Below are positions 47,164-57,155 of a stretch of DNA of 64,000 nucleotides, one piece after another. Source of the stretch: an uncultured Planctomycetales bacterium (GTDB lineage: Bacteria > Omnitrophota > Gorgyraeia > Gygaellales > Profunditerraquicolaceae); contig CAYRUB010000002.1 in the NCBI GenBank assembly GCA_964427405.1, positions 4,741 through 68,740 on the forward strand. Reading direction: 5' to 3'. The position numbers and the translations under genes are program-made. Within the stretch, counting starts at the first letter, position 1, and every line of letters begins with the position of its first letter. Under the pieces are notes generated by a model that saw nothing but the letters and a program-made list of their open reading frames with translations, ran no database searches and was not told the DNA's origin.

Positions 47164-48081
47164 ATGATTAAAGAAGATAAAGAATTAGTTAGAAAGATCA
47201 AGGAGTTAAAAAAGAAACGCAATGCTATAATCCTGGCGCATAACTATCAGCTTCCTGAAGTGCAGGATATCGCGGATTTCCGCGGAGATTCCCTGGAGCT
47301 TTCGCGTATAGCTGCTAAGACCGATGCCGAGGTAATTGTATTTTGCGGGGTGTATTTTATGGCTGAGACCGCCTCTATTCTTTCTCCCGACAAGAAAGTA
47401 ATTATGCCGGATACATCCGCGGGTTGCCCCATGGCCAATATGATGAATGCTGATGATTTAAGAAAACTTAAGCAAGAGCACCCTCAGGCAGTAGCCGTGG
47501 GCTATGTGAATACTTCAGCTGAAGTTAAAGCGGAATTGGATTATTGCTGCACGTCAACTAATGCCATAGCCGTAGTCAATGCGCTTAAAGATAAAAAGGA
47601 AATTATATTTATACCGGATAAATACCTGGCCGACTATGTGTCTAAGAAAACCGGAAGGAAGCTTATCATCTGGCATGGTTTTTGCCCTACGCATGCGAAG
47701 ATACTTCCTGAGGATTTAAAAAAAGAGCAGAAATTCCATCCTAAGGCGAAGGTTATGGTACATCCGGAGTGTTTATCCAGCGTAGTGGCTTTAGCGGATG
47801 TTGTGCTTTCTACCAGTCAGATGGGTAAATACGCTAAGGAGAACCCGGCTAAAGAATTTATTGTGGGTACGGAGTCCGGGCTGGTTTATCGGCTTAAGCA
47901 GGATAATCCGGATAAAGAGTTTTATCCTGCCAGCGAACGCGCGGTATGCCCGAATATGAAGCGCACCACCCAGGAAAAAGTGCTCTGGGCTTTAGAGGAG
48001 CTTAAGGATGAGGTCAGGGTTTCTGATGAGGTCAGAAAAAAAGCGCGCCTGGCTATAGAACGCATGTTGGCTATTGTTTAG
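47164..48081 (+). CDS. nadA: Quinolinate synthase
   Basis: LAHNYQ, GDSL, FCGVYFMAE, AGCPMA, HPEC, CPNMK. Confidence 0.96.
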   Translation: MIKEDKELVRKIKELKKKRNAIILAHNYQLPEVQDIADFRGDSLELSRIAAKTDAEVIVFCGVYFMAETASILSPDKKVIMPDTSAGCPMANMMNADDLRKLKQEHPQAVAVGYVNTSAEVKAELDYCCTSTNAIAVVNALKDKKEIIFIPDKYLADYVSKKTGRKLIIWHGFCPTHAKILPEDLKKEQKFHPKAKVMVHPECLSSVVALADVVLSTSQMGKYAKENPAKEFIVGTESGLVYRLKQDNPDKEFYPASERAVCPNMKRTTQEKVLWALEELKDEVRVSDEVRKKARLAIERMLAIV

Positions 48082-48708
48082 ATGAATATTCCGATCGTCT
48101 ATGAAGATGATTGGTTGTTGGTTGTTAATAAGCCCGCCGGGTTATTAAGTGTACCGACCCCCAAGAAAGAATCGCGTACTTTGACAAGTATTTTAAATCA
48201 GGATGCGGTAGTAAGAGGGTTAAAATACAGCCTGCACCCTTGCCATCGCCTGGACCGGGATACATCCGGGCTTGTAATTTACGCGAAAGGCAAGAGCATT
48301 GAAAAGAAAATGACGGATGCTTTCCGTGACAGGCGGGTAGCAAAGAAGTACATTGCTTTTGTGCATGGTAAATTAGCGCATCCAGAGGGAAGCATTAATC
48401 TTGCAATTGAAGGCAAGAATGCCCTTACGGAATATAAGGTGATTGAGGAAAAAAGCAATTATAGCGTAGTTGAAGTCCATCCGGTTACCGGCAGGACCAA
48501 TCAGATACGTATTCATTTTAAAAGTATTCAACATCCTTTGGTGGGGGAGGATAAATTTGTTTTCCGTAAGGATTTTGCCCTGCGTTTTAAACGCGTTTGT
48601 TTAGAAGCAAAAGAGCTGCAATTCAGGCATCCGGTAACCGGCAAAGATTTAAAATTCAGCATTGATTTAACGCAGGATCTAAAGGATTTCCTATCCGGCC
48701 ATGATTAA
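48082..48708 (+). CDS. RluA-family pseudouridine synthase
   Basis: NKPAGL, HRLDRDTSG, TGRTNQIR. Confidence 0.92.
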   Translation: MNIPIVYEDDWLLVVNKPAGLLSVPTPKKESRTLTSILNQDAVVRGLKYSLHPCHRLDRDTSGLVIYAKGKSIEKKMTDAFRDRRVAKKYIAFVHGKLAHPEGSINLAIEGKNALTEYKVIEEKSNYSVVEVHPVTGRTNQIRIHFKSIQHPLVGEDKFVFRKDFALRFKRVCLEAKELQFRHPVTGKDLKFSIDLTQDLKDFLSGHD

Positions 48709-49444
48709 GTATATATTTTTAGGAATAGTGCAGGGGTTAACTGAATTCTTACCGGTGAGCTCTTCCGGGCATTTAGTTGTTGCGCAGAAAATTTTAGGTA
48801 TTCATAGTAATGAATTAGCGGTATCCGTTGTCCTGCATTTGGGCACACTGCTGGCAATAATCATTTTCTTCCGGAGGGATATTTTAAATCTTCTAAGAAA
48901 CCCAAAGCTTCTTGGTTTAGCATTTGTAGTCGTAATAATCACGGGCATTATTGGCGTGTTAGGCAAGGATTTCTTTGAAAGATTGTTTAGTTCAGTTAAG
49001 GCAGTGGGGGTAGCTTGGATATTTACCGGTTTAATCCTTATTTCTACCAAGAAGTTTATCCGGCTAGATAGGGAGAAACTTGAACTTAAAGATGCGCTTG
49101 TTTTGGGCCTGACGCAAAGCTTAGCTATTGTTCCGGGTATTTCTCGCTCAGGCATAACCATATCTACGTTATTTTCAAGAAAGATTGAACGTAAACTTGC
49201 ATTTACTTTTTCATTCCTTGTTTCTATTCCTGTAATTTTAGGGGCAGCGTTGTTGGAAGCAAGAAAAATAGAGTCAGCGTTTCATGCGGATGTTATCAAT
49301 CTAATGGCGGGTTTTATCTTTAGTTTTCTTACCGGGATATTAGCGCTTGTAATCTTAAAGCGGGTTATCAATAATGGAAAATTTTATTATTTTGGATATT
49401 ACTGTCTTCTTATGGCAGTAGTGACACTACTTTTTATAAGATGA
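48701..49444 (+). CDS. uppP: Undecaprenyl-diphosphate phosphatase
   Basis: QGLTEFLPVSSSGH, PGISRSG. Confidence 0.95.
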   Translation: MIKYIFLGIVQGLTEFLPVSSSGHLVVAQKILGIHSNELAVSVVLHLGTLLAIIIFFRRDILNLLRNPKLLGLAFVVVIITGIIGVLGKDFFERLFSSVKAVGVAWIFTGLILISTKKFIRLDREKLELKDALVLGLTQSLAIVPGISRSGITISTLFSRKIERKLAFTFSFLVSIPVILGAALLEARKIESAFHADVINLMAGFIFSFLTGILALVILKRVINNGKFYYFGYYCLLMAVVTLLFIR

Positions 49445-50340
49445 GCATAGTCGTTTTAGGCACGGTAGCATTGGATAGTGTAAAAACTCCTTTTGGCATA
49501 CGCAAAGAACTGTTGGGGGGTTCAGCCGCGCATTTTTCCATGGCTGCCCGGCTTTTTACAAAAGTGAATTTGGTGGCAATAGTAGGAAAAGATTTTCCAC
49601 AGGAGCACATCTCTTTCTTAAGATATAAAGGTTTGGATATCAGCTCTCTTATTATAGATAAAGGAAAAACTTTCAGATGGGAAGGTGAATACAAGGGAGA
49701 TCTAAATACTGCGCTTACCTTGAATACCGAATTAGGGGTGCTCTCGGTATTTAAGCCGCGTATTTCTGAAGCACAGAGCAGGATAAAGAATATATTCCTG
49801 GCGAATGTTGATCCTGATATTCAGGAACATCTTTTGCGTAAGATGCGCAATCCTAAATTAGTTGGTTTAGATAGTATGAACTATTGGATTAACAACAAAC
49901 GCAAAGAGTTAATCCGGTTGCTCAAGCATATAGATATTTATGTTGCCAATGACCAGGAGGCGCGCGCATTAAGCGGGGAAAATAATATAATTAAGGCGGC
50001 GGGCGCGCTTAGGGGTTATGGTGCTAAGATGGTGTTAATTAAAAAAGGCGAAAATGGGGTTTTGTTTTATAGCGATAAATTTATATTTTCTCTTCCGGCC
50101 TACCCGGTTGAAAAAGTAATTGATCCTACGGGCGCAGGTGATACTTTTGCCGGAGGGTTTATGGGTTATTTGGCTAAAGCAGGTAAAATCACCCCTCTAA
50201 CTTTAAAAAAGGCGCTGGCTTATGGAACGGTGGCCGCGTCTTTTAATATTGAGGATTTTGGGTTAAATCGGACCAGCAGGCTTAAGCTGCAGGATTTAGG
50301 AAAACGTTTAAATAAATTCAAGGATTGTTTTTTGTTTTAG
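49441..50340 (+). CDS. PfkB family sugar/nucleoside kinase
   Basis: GGSA, DPTGAGDTFAGG. Confidence 0.92.
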   Translation: MSIVVLGTVALDSVKTPFGIRKELLGGSAAHFSMAARLFTKVNLVAIVGKDFPQEHISFLRYKGLDISSLIIDKGKTFRWEGEYKGDLNTALTLNTELGVLSVFKPRISEAQSRIKNIFLANVDPDIQEHLLRKMRNPKLVGLDSMNYWINNKRKELIRLLKHIDIYVANDQEARALSGENNIIKAAGALRGYGAKMVLIKKGENGVLFYSDKFIFSLPAYPVEKVIDPTGAGDTFAGGFMGYLAKAGKITPLTLKKALAYGTVAASFNIEDFGLNRTSRLKLQDLGKRLNKFKDCFLF

Positions 50341-50347
50341 TTTTCAA

Positions 50348-50398
50348 CACCCCGCGCTATAAGGAGTTGCGCGGGTGTACCCTTTCTGGGTAAAGGAG
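50348..50398 (+). ncRNA. Unknown two-hairpin leader motif, copy B
   Basis: CACCCCGCGC-TATAAGGAGTT-GCGCGGGTG, then TACCC-TTTCT-GGGTA, then AAGGAG. Confidence 0.6.
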
Positions 50399-50403
50399 TT
50401 ACA

Positions 50404-50730
50404 ATGGATAATCTTCGCGAAGAATTCCTAAAGTTTATTAAATCTTACGGGGTTATTGGGGTAGCTGTCGGTATTGTTATGGGGCAGGCAGTAGCCAAGG
50501 TGATTACTGTTATTGTTGAAGGACTGGTAATGCCGATATTGGAAGCGCTGCTTCCTGGAAGTAAATGGCAAGAGGTAGTTTTGCATATGTGGAGGGTTAA
50601 TATTAAGATTGGTTTGATTATTGCCGCTTGCATTGATTTTTTCATCATTTCCGCAGTGATCTTCTTTTTAGTAAAATATATATTGAAGGTAGATCCGCAC
50701 CATAAACAAAAAGGAGAAAAATTATGTTAG
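50404..50730 (+). CDS. mscL: Large-conductance mechanosensitive channel family
   Basis: EFLKFI, VIGVAVGIVMG, LVMP, IDFFIISAVIFF. Confidence 0.8.
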   Translation: MDNLREEFLKFIKSYGVIGVAVGIVMGQAVAKVITVIVEGLVMPILEALLPGSKWQEVVLHMWRVNIKIGLIIAACIDFFIISAVIFFLVKYILKVDPHHKQKGEKLC

Positions 50731-51176
50731 AAGAAAAGATTCTGAATGATTATAAAGAGGCAATGAAATCAAGGGATACTTTAAAGAGCTCAGTCTTGAG
50801 TTTCCTGCGTGCGGATATGTTAAATCAGGCAACTGCTAAGAAAAAAAATAAGCTTGATGACCCGGAAATTGTTGCTGTAATTAAAAAACAGATTAAACAG
50901 CGTCAGGATTCTATTGAACAGTTTACCAAGGGTAACCGGCTTGAGATGGCAGAAAAAGAGAAAAAAGAATTAGAGATGCTTAAAGTTTATTTACCTCCGG
51001 AGCTATCGGCTGAGCAGATTAAGCTTTTGATTGAAGAGGCGGTTGTTTCAACTGGCTCAAGCGGCATAAAAGATATGGGCCGGCTGATGAAAGAGCTGAC
51101 TGTAAAAATCGCTGGAAGAGCAGATGGCAAATTGGTCAGTGATTTGGTCAGGCAGAGGTTAAGCACTCCTTCCTAA
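50724..51176 (+). CDS. GatB/YqeY domain protein
   Basis: KEAMKSRD, KQRQDSIEQF, YLPPELS, KDMG, GRADGK. Confidence 0.92.
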   Translation: MLEEKILNDYKEAMKSRDTLKSSVLSFLRADMLNQATAKKKNKLDDPEIVAVIKKQIKQRQDSIEQFTKGNRLEMAEKEKKELEMLKVYLPPELSAEQIKLLIEEAVVSTGSSGIKDMGRLMKELTVKIAGRADGKLVSDLVRQRLSTPS

Positions 51177-51191
51177 AAGCAGGATCCGAGT

Positions 51192-52385
51192 ATGTTTTCT
51201 TCACTAAAAGTAAAACACTTCCGTATTTATTGGCTGGGCATGTTTGTATCTTTGATTGGTACGAGCATACAATTTGTGGCGCAGAGTTGGCTGGTGTTCC
51301 AGCTGACCAACTCCGCGTTTCTTTTGGGGGTGGTTGGTTTCTTAGGCGCAATACCCATATTCCTGTTTTCTCTATTCGGAGGAGTTTTGGCTGATAGAGT
51401 AAATAAAAGAAATATCCTTATTTTTACTCAGATAGTTTTCATGTTCCTGGCTTTTTTATTGGCGACTTTAACCCAATTCAAACTTATCAATCCACAGCAG
51501 ATCATGTTTATTGCCTTGCTCAACGGGATAATTATGGCATTTGATGCTCCGGCCAGACAATCAATAATAGTGGAATTAGTGGGTAAGCAGCATCTTTTTA
51601 ACGCCATTACCCTGAATTCAGTAGCTTTTAATTCCTCGAGGATTATTGGCCCGGCAATTGCAGGGGTGCTTATATCGGTAATTGGCATGAGCGGTTGTTT
51701 TTACCTGAATGGAATAAGTTTCTTGGCGGTTATTGCTGCGCTCTTTTGGATTAAACTGGGCAATGGTATAGTACAAAATAATAATTCTGCTATCAGCGAT
51801 CTCAAGGAAGGGTTATTTTTTGTCAGTTGCAATCGTTCTATCCTGGGCTTGGTAAGCATGGTGGCAGTAATGAGTCTTTTCGGCATTTCGTACATTATAC
51901 TTATACCGGTTTTTGTCAGCAATGTGCTTCATGCAGGGGTAAGGGCCCTGGGAATATTAATGTCAAGTATCGGTTTGGGGGCCTTAGCCGGATCTTTAAT
52001 TTTAGCCCGGTTGGGTGATTTTAAATATAAGGGTAAGTTTTTAGTTTGGTCGGCATTCTTATTTTCTTTTTTACTGATTAATTTTTCTTTATCTAAAAAT
52101 TATACCTGCTCTATTGTTTCGCTAATCTTTTTAGGGAGTTTAAGCGTCCCTGTGACTGCCATAATTAATACCTTGCTTCAGATTAAAGTCCCGGACGAAT
52201 TCCGCGGCAGGGTAATGAGTCTTTTTATGACTACCTTTGCCGGAATTGTGCCGTTTGGTAGTTTGATCTCAGGTAGCCTGGCGCAGGCCCTGGGAGTCTC
52301 AACGGCGTTATTTCTCTGTGGCTTATTTTGCCTTATATTGTTTACGTTGATAAATTTATTGTTTCCTGAATTAAAAAAGTTGTAG
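51192..52385 (+). CDS. MFS transporter
   Basis: GGVLADRVNKR, PDEFRGRVMS, about 12 TM. Confidence 0.9.
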   Translation: MFSSLKVKHFRIYWLGMFVSLIGTSIQFVAQSWLVFQLTNSAFLLGVVGFLGAIPIFLFSLFGGVLADRVNKRNILIFTQIVFMFLAFLLATLTQFKLINPQQIMFIALLNGIIMAFDAPARQSIIVELVGKQHLFNAITLNSVAFNSSRIIGPAIAGVLISVIGMSGCFYLNGISFLAVIAALFWIKLGNGIVQNNNSAISDLKEGLFFVSCNRSILGLVSMVAVMSLFGISYIILIPVFVSNVLHAGVRALGILMSSIGLGALAGSLILARLGDFKYKGKFLVWSAFLFSFLLINFSLSKNYTCSIVSLIFLGSLSVPVTAIINTLLQIKVPDEFRGRVMSLFMTTFAGIVPFGSLISGSLAQALGVSTALFLCGLFCLILFTLINLLFPELKKL

Positions 52386-52400
52386 TGTGGGAGCTTAACA

Positions 52401-52489
52401 GGACTGCGCTAGATAAAATCCATAAGGTGCTTGCCCCTGTTCGCTGACGCTCACAGGGACTACGCTAAATAAAAGCCATAAGGTACTTG
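52401..52489. repeat. 33-bp imperfect direct repeat around a hairpin
   Basis: 52401-52433 vs 52457-52489, 29/33 identical; CCCTGT/ACAGGG hairpin between. Confidence 0.8.
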
Positions 52490-52607
52490 ATTTATTTATT
52501 TATTTTGATAAAATTGAGTTTAGTGAGGAGGTGAAGCCAACCCCAATATTCCAAGGGTCGAAAACGTCATAATACAGTTTAATAAATTTTTAGAGAGGAG
52601 AATAGAG

Positions 52608-53045
52608 ATGAAAAGGTTTTTAATTTTTGTATCAGTAGTTTTTATGTTTACGGCATTAACCGGTTGTGCTAAGAAACAGGAAGCGGAAGATCTGCAACAG
52701 ATTACTTTGGAGTCCTTAAGTACGCCTAGTAGCCCGGCTCAGGGTACATCACAAGATGTTAATCTGCCAGTTGTTGCGGCTCCGGCAGTTGTTCCAGCAA
52801 AAGAGTTAATGCCTTTGCCGCCCCAAGGTCCTTATAAGCCGACCGATATTGAGATTCAGACTGCTTTAAAGAACGCGGGTTTCTATTCCGGTAGTATTGA
52901 TGGCAAAATTGGCCCGAAGAGTAAGAAGGCAATTGAGGATTTTCAGAGTGCTAATGGCCTCAAGGCTGATGGAAAAGTTGGCGCCAAGACATGGGAAGCA
53001 TTAGGTAAATATTTAAACGTCGCTTCAAATATAGATAAAAGATAA
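52608..53045 (+). CDS. Peptidoglycan-binding domain lipoprotein
   Basis: Lipobox LTGC; IQTALK..G..DGKIGP..AIEDFQ..GLKADG. Confidence 0.9.
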   Translation: MKRFLIFVSVVFMFTALTGCAKKQEAEDLQQITLESLSTPSSPAQGTSQDVNLPVVAAPAVVPAKELMPLPPQGPYKPTDIEIQTALKNAGFYSGSIDGKIGPKSKKAIEDFQSANGLKADGKVGAKTWEALGKYLNVASNIDKR

Positions 53046-53067
53046 GTAAGGGTTAGGCTGTTTTTTA

Positions 53068-53106
53068 AAAAAGAATCCCGACAATTTCTGTTGGGATTCT
53101 TTTTTT
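53068..53106 (+). terminator. Intrinsic terminator
   Basis: AAGAATCCCGACA/TGTTGGGATTCTT plus T-tract. Confidence 0.8.
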
Positions 53107-53129
53107 GTGGTGCTATAATATAACCCAAT

Positions 53130-54347
53130 ATGAATAAATTCCCGCATGATTTCTTTTGGGGCGCTTCGACTTCAGCCCATCAGGTGGAGGGAGGCAATAT
53201 CCATAATGATTGGTGGCTTGCTGAGCAGAATGGCGCTTTCAAGGAACCCTCGGACCAGGCCTGCCGGCACTATGAACTTTTTAGAGAAGATTTTGCCATA
53301 GCTAAAGAGTTGGGCCACAATTGCCACCGTTTTTCAATTGAATGGAGCCGTATTGAACCCCAGGAGGGAAAATTCCAGGATTCTGAAATTCAGCATTACC
53401 ATAAAGTTATTGCTGAACTAAGAAATTTGGGAATGGAACCGGTAGTTACCCTGCATCATTTTACTAATCCGCTGTGGTTTAGCCAGAAAGGCGGCTGGAC
53501 TAAGTTTAAGCTTCAAGGGTATTTTCTGCGTTTCGTAGAAAAGATGGTCAGGGAATTTTCCGGCGAGGTAAAATTCTGGATTACTATCAATGAGCCGTTA
53601 GTTTATTCTTCGCATGCTTATCTTTTAGGTTGTTGGCCTCCAAAGGAACGTTCTTTATTTAAAACTGTCAAGGTTACTTTAAATATGGCCCAGGCCCATA
53701 TTAAGGCCTATTCGCTTATACATAAAATTTATCAGGATAAGGCTTTGGCAAGGCCGATGGTAAGTATTGCGGCTAATCTGCAGGCATTTGAGCTTTGCCT
53801 TCCGACACTAAAAAATAAGCTGGCCGTCTATCTTAGGCATAAGCTGTATAATCTTTATTTTATCGAAGTTCTCCTGCGTAAAAAAACCCTGGATTATGTC
53901 GGCGTAAATTATTATAGCAGGAACCTGGTGGATGTGGAAAGCTGGGGGATAAGGCATTTATTGGTGGATACCTGTAAACATAATCATCATCCCTTGCGCA
54001 AGAATTCTTTAGGCTGGGATATCTATCCGCAGGGGCTATATAAACTTCTGATTTCTATTAAAAAATATAACCTGCCTGTTTTTATTACTGAAAACGGGAT
54101 ATGCACTGAAGATGATGATTTAAAATGGGATTATATCCGCGAACATTTAGAACAGGTGTATAGGGCTATGGAAGAAGGGGCTAATGTTTTAGGTTACATC
54201 TATTGGTCGTTGATTGATAACTTTGAATGGGCCGAGGGGTTCGCTCCGCGTTTTGGGCTGGTGGACGTGGATTATCAGAATCAAAAACGCACAATCAGGG
54301 CAAGCGCAAGGAAGCTGGCGGAAGTTTCTAAAACCGGATTAATTTAG
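53130..54347 (+). CDS. Glycoside hydrolase family 1
   Basis: HQVEG, TINEP, ITENG, DNFEWAEG. Confidence 0.95.
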   Translation: MNKFPHDFFWGASTSAHQVEGGNIHNDWWLAEQNGAFKEPSDQACRHYELFREDFAIAKELGHNCHRFSIEWSRIEPQEGKFQDSEIQHYHKVIAELRNLGMEPVVTLHHFTNPLWFSQKGGWTKFKLQGYFLRFVEKMVREFSGEVKFWITINEPLVYSSHAYLLGCWPPKERSLFKTVKVTLNMAQAHIKAYSLIHKIYQDKALARPMVSIAANLQAFELCLPTLKNKLAVYLRHKLYNLYFIEVLLRKKTLDYVGVNYYSRNLVDVESWGIRHLLVDTCKHNHHPLRKNSLGWDIYPQGLYKLLISIKKYNLPVFITENGICTEDDDLKWDYIREHLEQVYRAMEEGANVLGYIYWSLIDNFEWAEGFAPRFGLVDVDYQNQKRTIRASARKLAEVSKTGLI

Positions 54348-54348
54348 C

Positions 54349-56361
54349 ATGAATTCCAAAGACAAAGAGTTTATTATTAAAGAACTGCCATTTTTTGCCG
54401 GACTTAGCAAAGATGAGCTGGCGATAATCAAGGCAAGGGCCCAGGTTGTTGAATATCGCAAAGGGCAGGTTATCTACGAAGAGAAATCAAGCCCGAGTGC
54501 TTTTTATTGCATTATCTCCGGCAGAGTGCAGATTTATACTAATGATAAAACAGGCGAGCGCTTAATCCTGGAATATCTGCACCGGGGTAAATATTTTGGT
54601 ATTATCTCCTTGCTTACTAATGAGCCGCATTCAGTAACCAGCCTGGCAATAAACGACTGCGTAATTTTAGTAATTAAGAAGGATGATTTTGATTCTGTGC
54701 TCAAAAGCATTCCCCGGCTGGCTATTGATTTAAGCCGCACATTAAGCCGCAGGCTTAAGCGTAAAGATGTCCATCAGAAAAGAATATTCGAAAGCACGGT
54801 TGTTTCTGTGTTTAGTTCTTATGCGCAGGCAGGTAAGACCGTCTATGCTTTAAACCTTGCGCTTAGCCTTAGCCGTGAAACACACAAATCAGTGATTATT
54901 CTGGATATCCTTGCTCAGGATAAAATACATACTCTTCCCGCTAAGCTAGGATTAGCCCAACCTCGGATATTTAACTTATCTTCTTCTGCTGAAATATATA
55001 GTTTGTCAAAAGATTATATTTCGCAAAGTAAATTTGGAATTGACCTGTTTTGTTTTTATTATCAGGAAAATAATGATGCCTGCCTTAAAAGACTGATTGA
55101 ATTATTAAGCCTGTTAGTTAATGATTATCATTATATCCTTCTGGACCTTCCCGCAGCTATGGATCGTTCAATTATCAGCATGCTCAATCAGTCAGACCTT
55201 ATCCACATATTAAGCAGCCCGGATCCGGTGGATTTAAAGCGTACCAATAATCTGGTTAACCGGCTTAAAACAGATTTTAACTTTGACCCTCAGAAAATCA
55301 AGACTATTATTAACGAATATAAGTTAGCCAAGATTGGTTACGGCGAACAACTTGAAATCCTGGGGCAGGAGATTTTTGCGACTGTCCCTAAAATAAAATT
55401 TGACGCGGGGGATCGCCTGATTATTGACGATCCGGATTGTGAATATTCTAAGGCAGTCAGGAGAATCGCCCGGCAGCTCGGTGATTGCCTGGTAGGTTTA
55501 GTTTTAGGGGTTGGTGTAGGTTATGGGTTTTGCCATATAGGGGTATTAAAGGTTATTGAAGAAGAGAAAATCCCCGTTGATATCATTGCCGGTTCCAGTA
55601 TCGGCTCGCTTATTGCCAGCCTTTGGGCTATCGGTAAGAGTAGCCAGGAGATCCTGGAGGTTACCCGGGAATTTAGGGAGCCAAAACATATTTGGGGGCT
55701 GATTGATATAACTTTCCCGCGCTTTGGTTTTATCAAGGGTAATAAGCTGCGCCGTTTCTTAAAAAAACATTTGGGGGATAAGACCTTTTATGATGTCAAA
55801 CTTCCTTTAAAGATAATTGCCAGCGATGTGCGCAGGAAAGAGCCGAGGATTTTGGATAAAGGATTATTGGTTGATGCTATAATGGCCAGTTGTTCTATGC
55901 CAGGGGTTTTTGCTCCTTTTAAGTTTAAGGAGGAGGTACTTTTTGACGGAGGGGTAACTAACCCCTTACCTACTGAGTCTTTAATGCAGATAGGAGTAAA
56001 GAAGATCATTGCTGTGAATGTTACTCCTTCGCGCGAGGATATCCTGAGGCAACTGGTAAAACTTAAAGAAGGTATTCTTCCCGATCATACAGCTCCTATT
56101 CAGAAAAGTAAACCGTTTGGCTGGCTTGGACGGCTAAAGAATATTTTTAAGTTTAACATCATAGATATTATTTTTAGTAGTGTTGAGGTTCTACAGTCAG
56201 AGGTAGCTAAGCGTGAAGGTGAGTTAGCCGATATTGTTTTACATCCGGATACCACGGGTTTGTTTTGGCTGGAGTTGCATAGGGCTGATGAATTCGCCCG
56301 GCGCGGAGAGATTGAAGCGAGAAAAAATCTGGATAAAATTTGGCAGTTGGTTAATGAATAA
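54349..56361 (+). CDS. cNMP-binding + MinD/CpaE-like + patatin fusion protein
   Basis: GKYFG cNMP domain; AGKT...NLALSL and YILLDLP; GSSIG and DGG. Confidence 0.85.
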   Translation: MNSKDKEFIIKELPFFAGLSKDELAIIKARAQVVEYRKGQVIYEEKSSPSAFYCIISGRVQIYTNDKTGERLILEYLHRGKYFGIISLLTNEPHSVTSLAINDCVILVIKKDDFDSVLKSIPRLAIDLSRTLSRRLKRKDVHQKRIFESTVVSVFSSYAQAGKTVYALNLALSLSRETHKSVIILDILAQDKIHTLPAKLGLAQPRIFNLSSSAEIYSLSKDYISQSKFGIDLFCFYYQENNDACLKRLIELLSLLVNDYHYILLDLPAAMDRSIISMLNQSDLIHILSSPDPVDLKRTNNLVNRLKTDFNFDPQKIKTIINEYKLAKIGYGEQLEILGQEIFATVPKIKFDAGDRLIIDDPDCEYSKAVRRIARQLGDCLVGLVLGVGVGYGFCHIGVLKVIEEEKIPVDIIAGSSIGSLIASLWAIGKSSQEILEVTREFREPKHIWGLIDITFPRFGFIKGNKLRRFLKKHLGDKTFYDVKLPLKIIASDVRRKEPRILDKGLLVDAIMASCSMPGVFAPFKFKEEVLFDGGVTNPLPTESLMQIGVKKIIAVNVTPSREDILRQLVKLKEGILPDHTAPIQKSKPFGWLGRLKNIFKFNIIDIIFSSVEVLQSEVAKREGELADIVLHPDTTGLFWLELHRADEFARRGEIEARKNLDKIWQLVNE

Positions 56362-56390
56362 ATTATACGCTTATTTATTGAGGAGGAATC

Positions 56391-56852
56391 ATGAGTAAAA
56401 GTAATTGTTTAGTTCTGACTACTATTTGTTGTTTGCTGTCTACTTTGTTATTGGGGTGTGCGACAGTCAAGGAAGCGGCTAAAGGTTTTGTCGGGGTCTC
56501 AACCCGGGTTTTGGAAGAAAAACGCAAGGAGGCCCTTAAAGAATCTTTTGTCATAGGCTATGATAGCTGTTACGCCAAAGTTAAGGATATACTGAAGGAA
56601 AAAGATAAAGAATCTCCTATATATGCCGAGGATGTTCAAAAGAAGATGATTGGCGTCTACTTTTCGGAAACAGATACTACTCCTGTAGGGATATTCTTTA
56701 CCGAAGAGGAAAAGGGCCGTACTATGGTTGAGATATCTAGTCCCAGCACTTACGCTAAGGAGTATATTGCCAACAGGATTTTTACCGGCATCAATGCATT
56801 AATTAAACCAAAAGGAGAAAAAACCGATGTTAAACAAGAAATTAACAATTAA
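56391..56852 (+). CDS. Hypothetical lipoprotein
   Basis: GAGGAGG SD; lipobox LLGC. Confidence 0.75.
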   Translation: MSKSNCLVLTTICCLLSTLLLGCATVKEAAKGFVGVSTRVLEEKRKEALKESFVIGYDSCYAKVKDILKEKDKESPIYAEDVQKKMIGVYFSETDTTPVGIFFTEEEKGRTMVEISSPSTYAKEYIANRIFTGINALIKPKGEKTDVKQEINN

Positions 56853-57135
56853 TGATTTGATTAAAGAGTGCCACCGGGTCGCTAAAAGCAAAGGTTGGTG
56901 GTTGGATAGCCGTAATGATGGAGAACTGATTGCGCTTATGCATTCGGAGTTATCTGAGGCATTAGAGGCAATGCGTAATCACGGCAAAAAAGAAGATCTG
57001 GCTGAAGAGCTGGCCGATTGTTGTATCCGTATATTTGATTATTGCGGTTCGCGAAAAATAGATTTGGAGAAGGCGTTATTAAAAAAGATAGCTTATAATA
57101 AGACCCGTCCATACCGGCACGGAAAAAAATTCTAA
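56827..57135 (+). CDS. MazG-like NTP pyrophosphatase
   Basis: HSELSEALEA, EELADCCIR, RPYRHGKK. Confidence 0.82.
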   Translation: MLNKKLTINDLIKECHRVAKSKGWWLDSRNDGELIALMHSELSEALEAMRNHGKKEDLAEELADCCIRIFDYCGSRKIDLEKALLKKIAYNKTRPYRHGKKF

Positions 57136-57155
57136 ACAGGTAACCAGGAGGAGTA

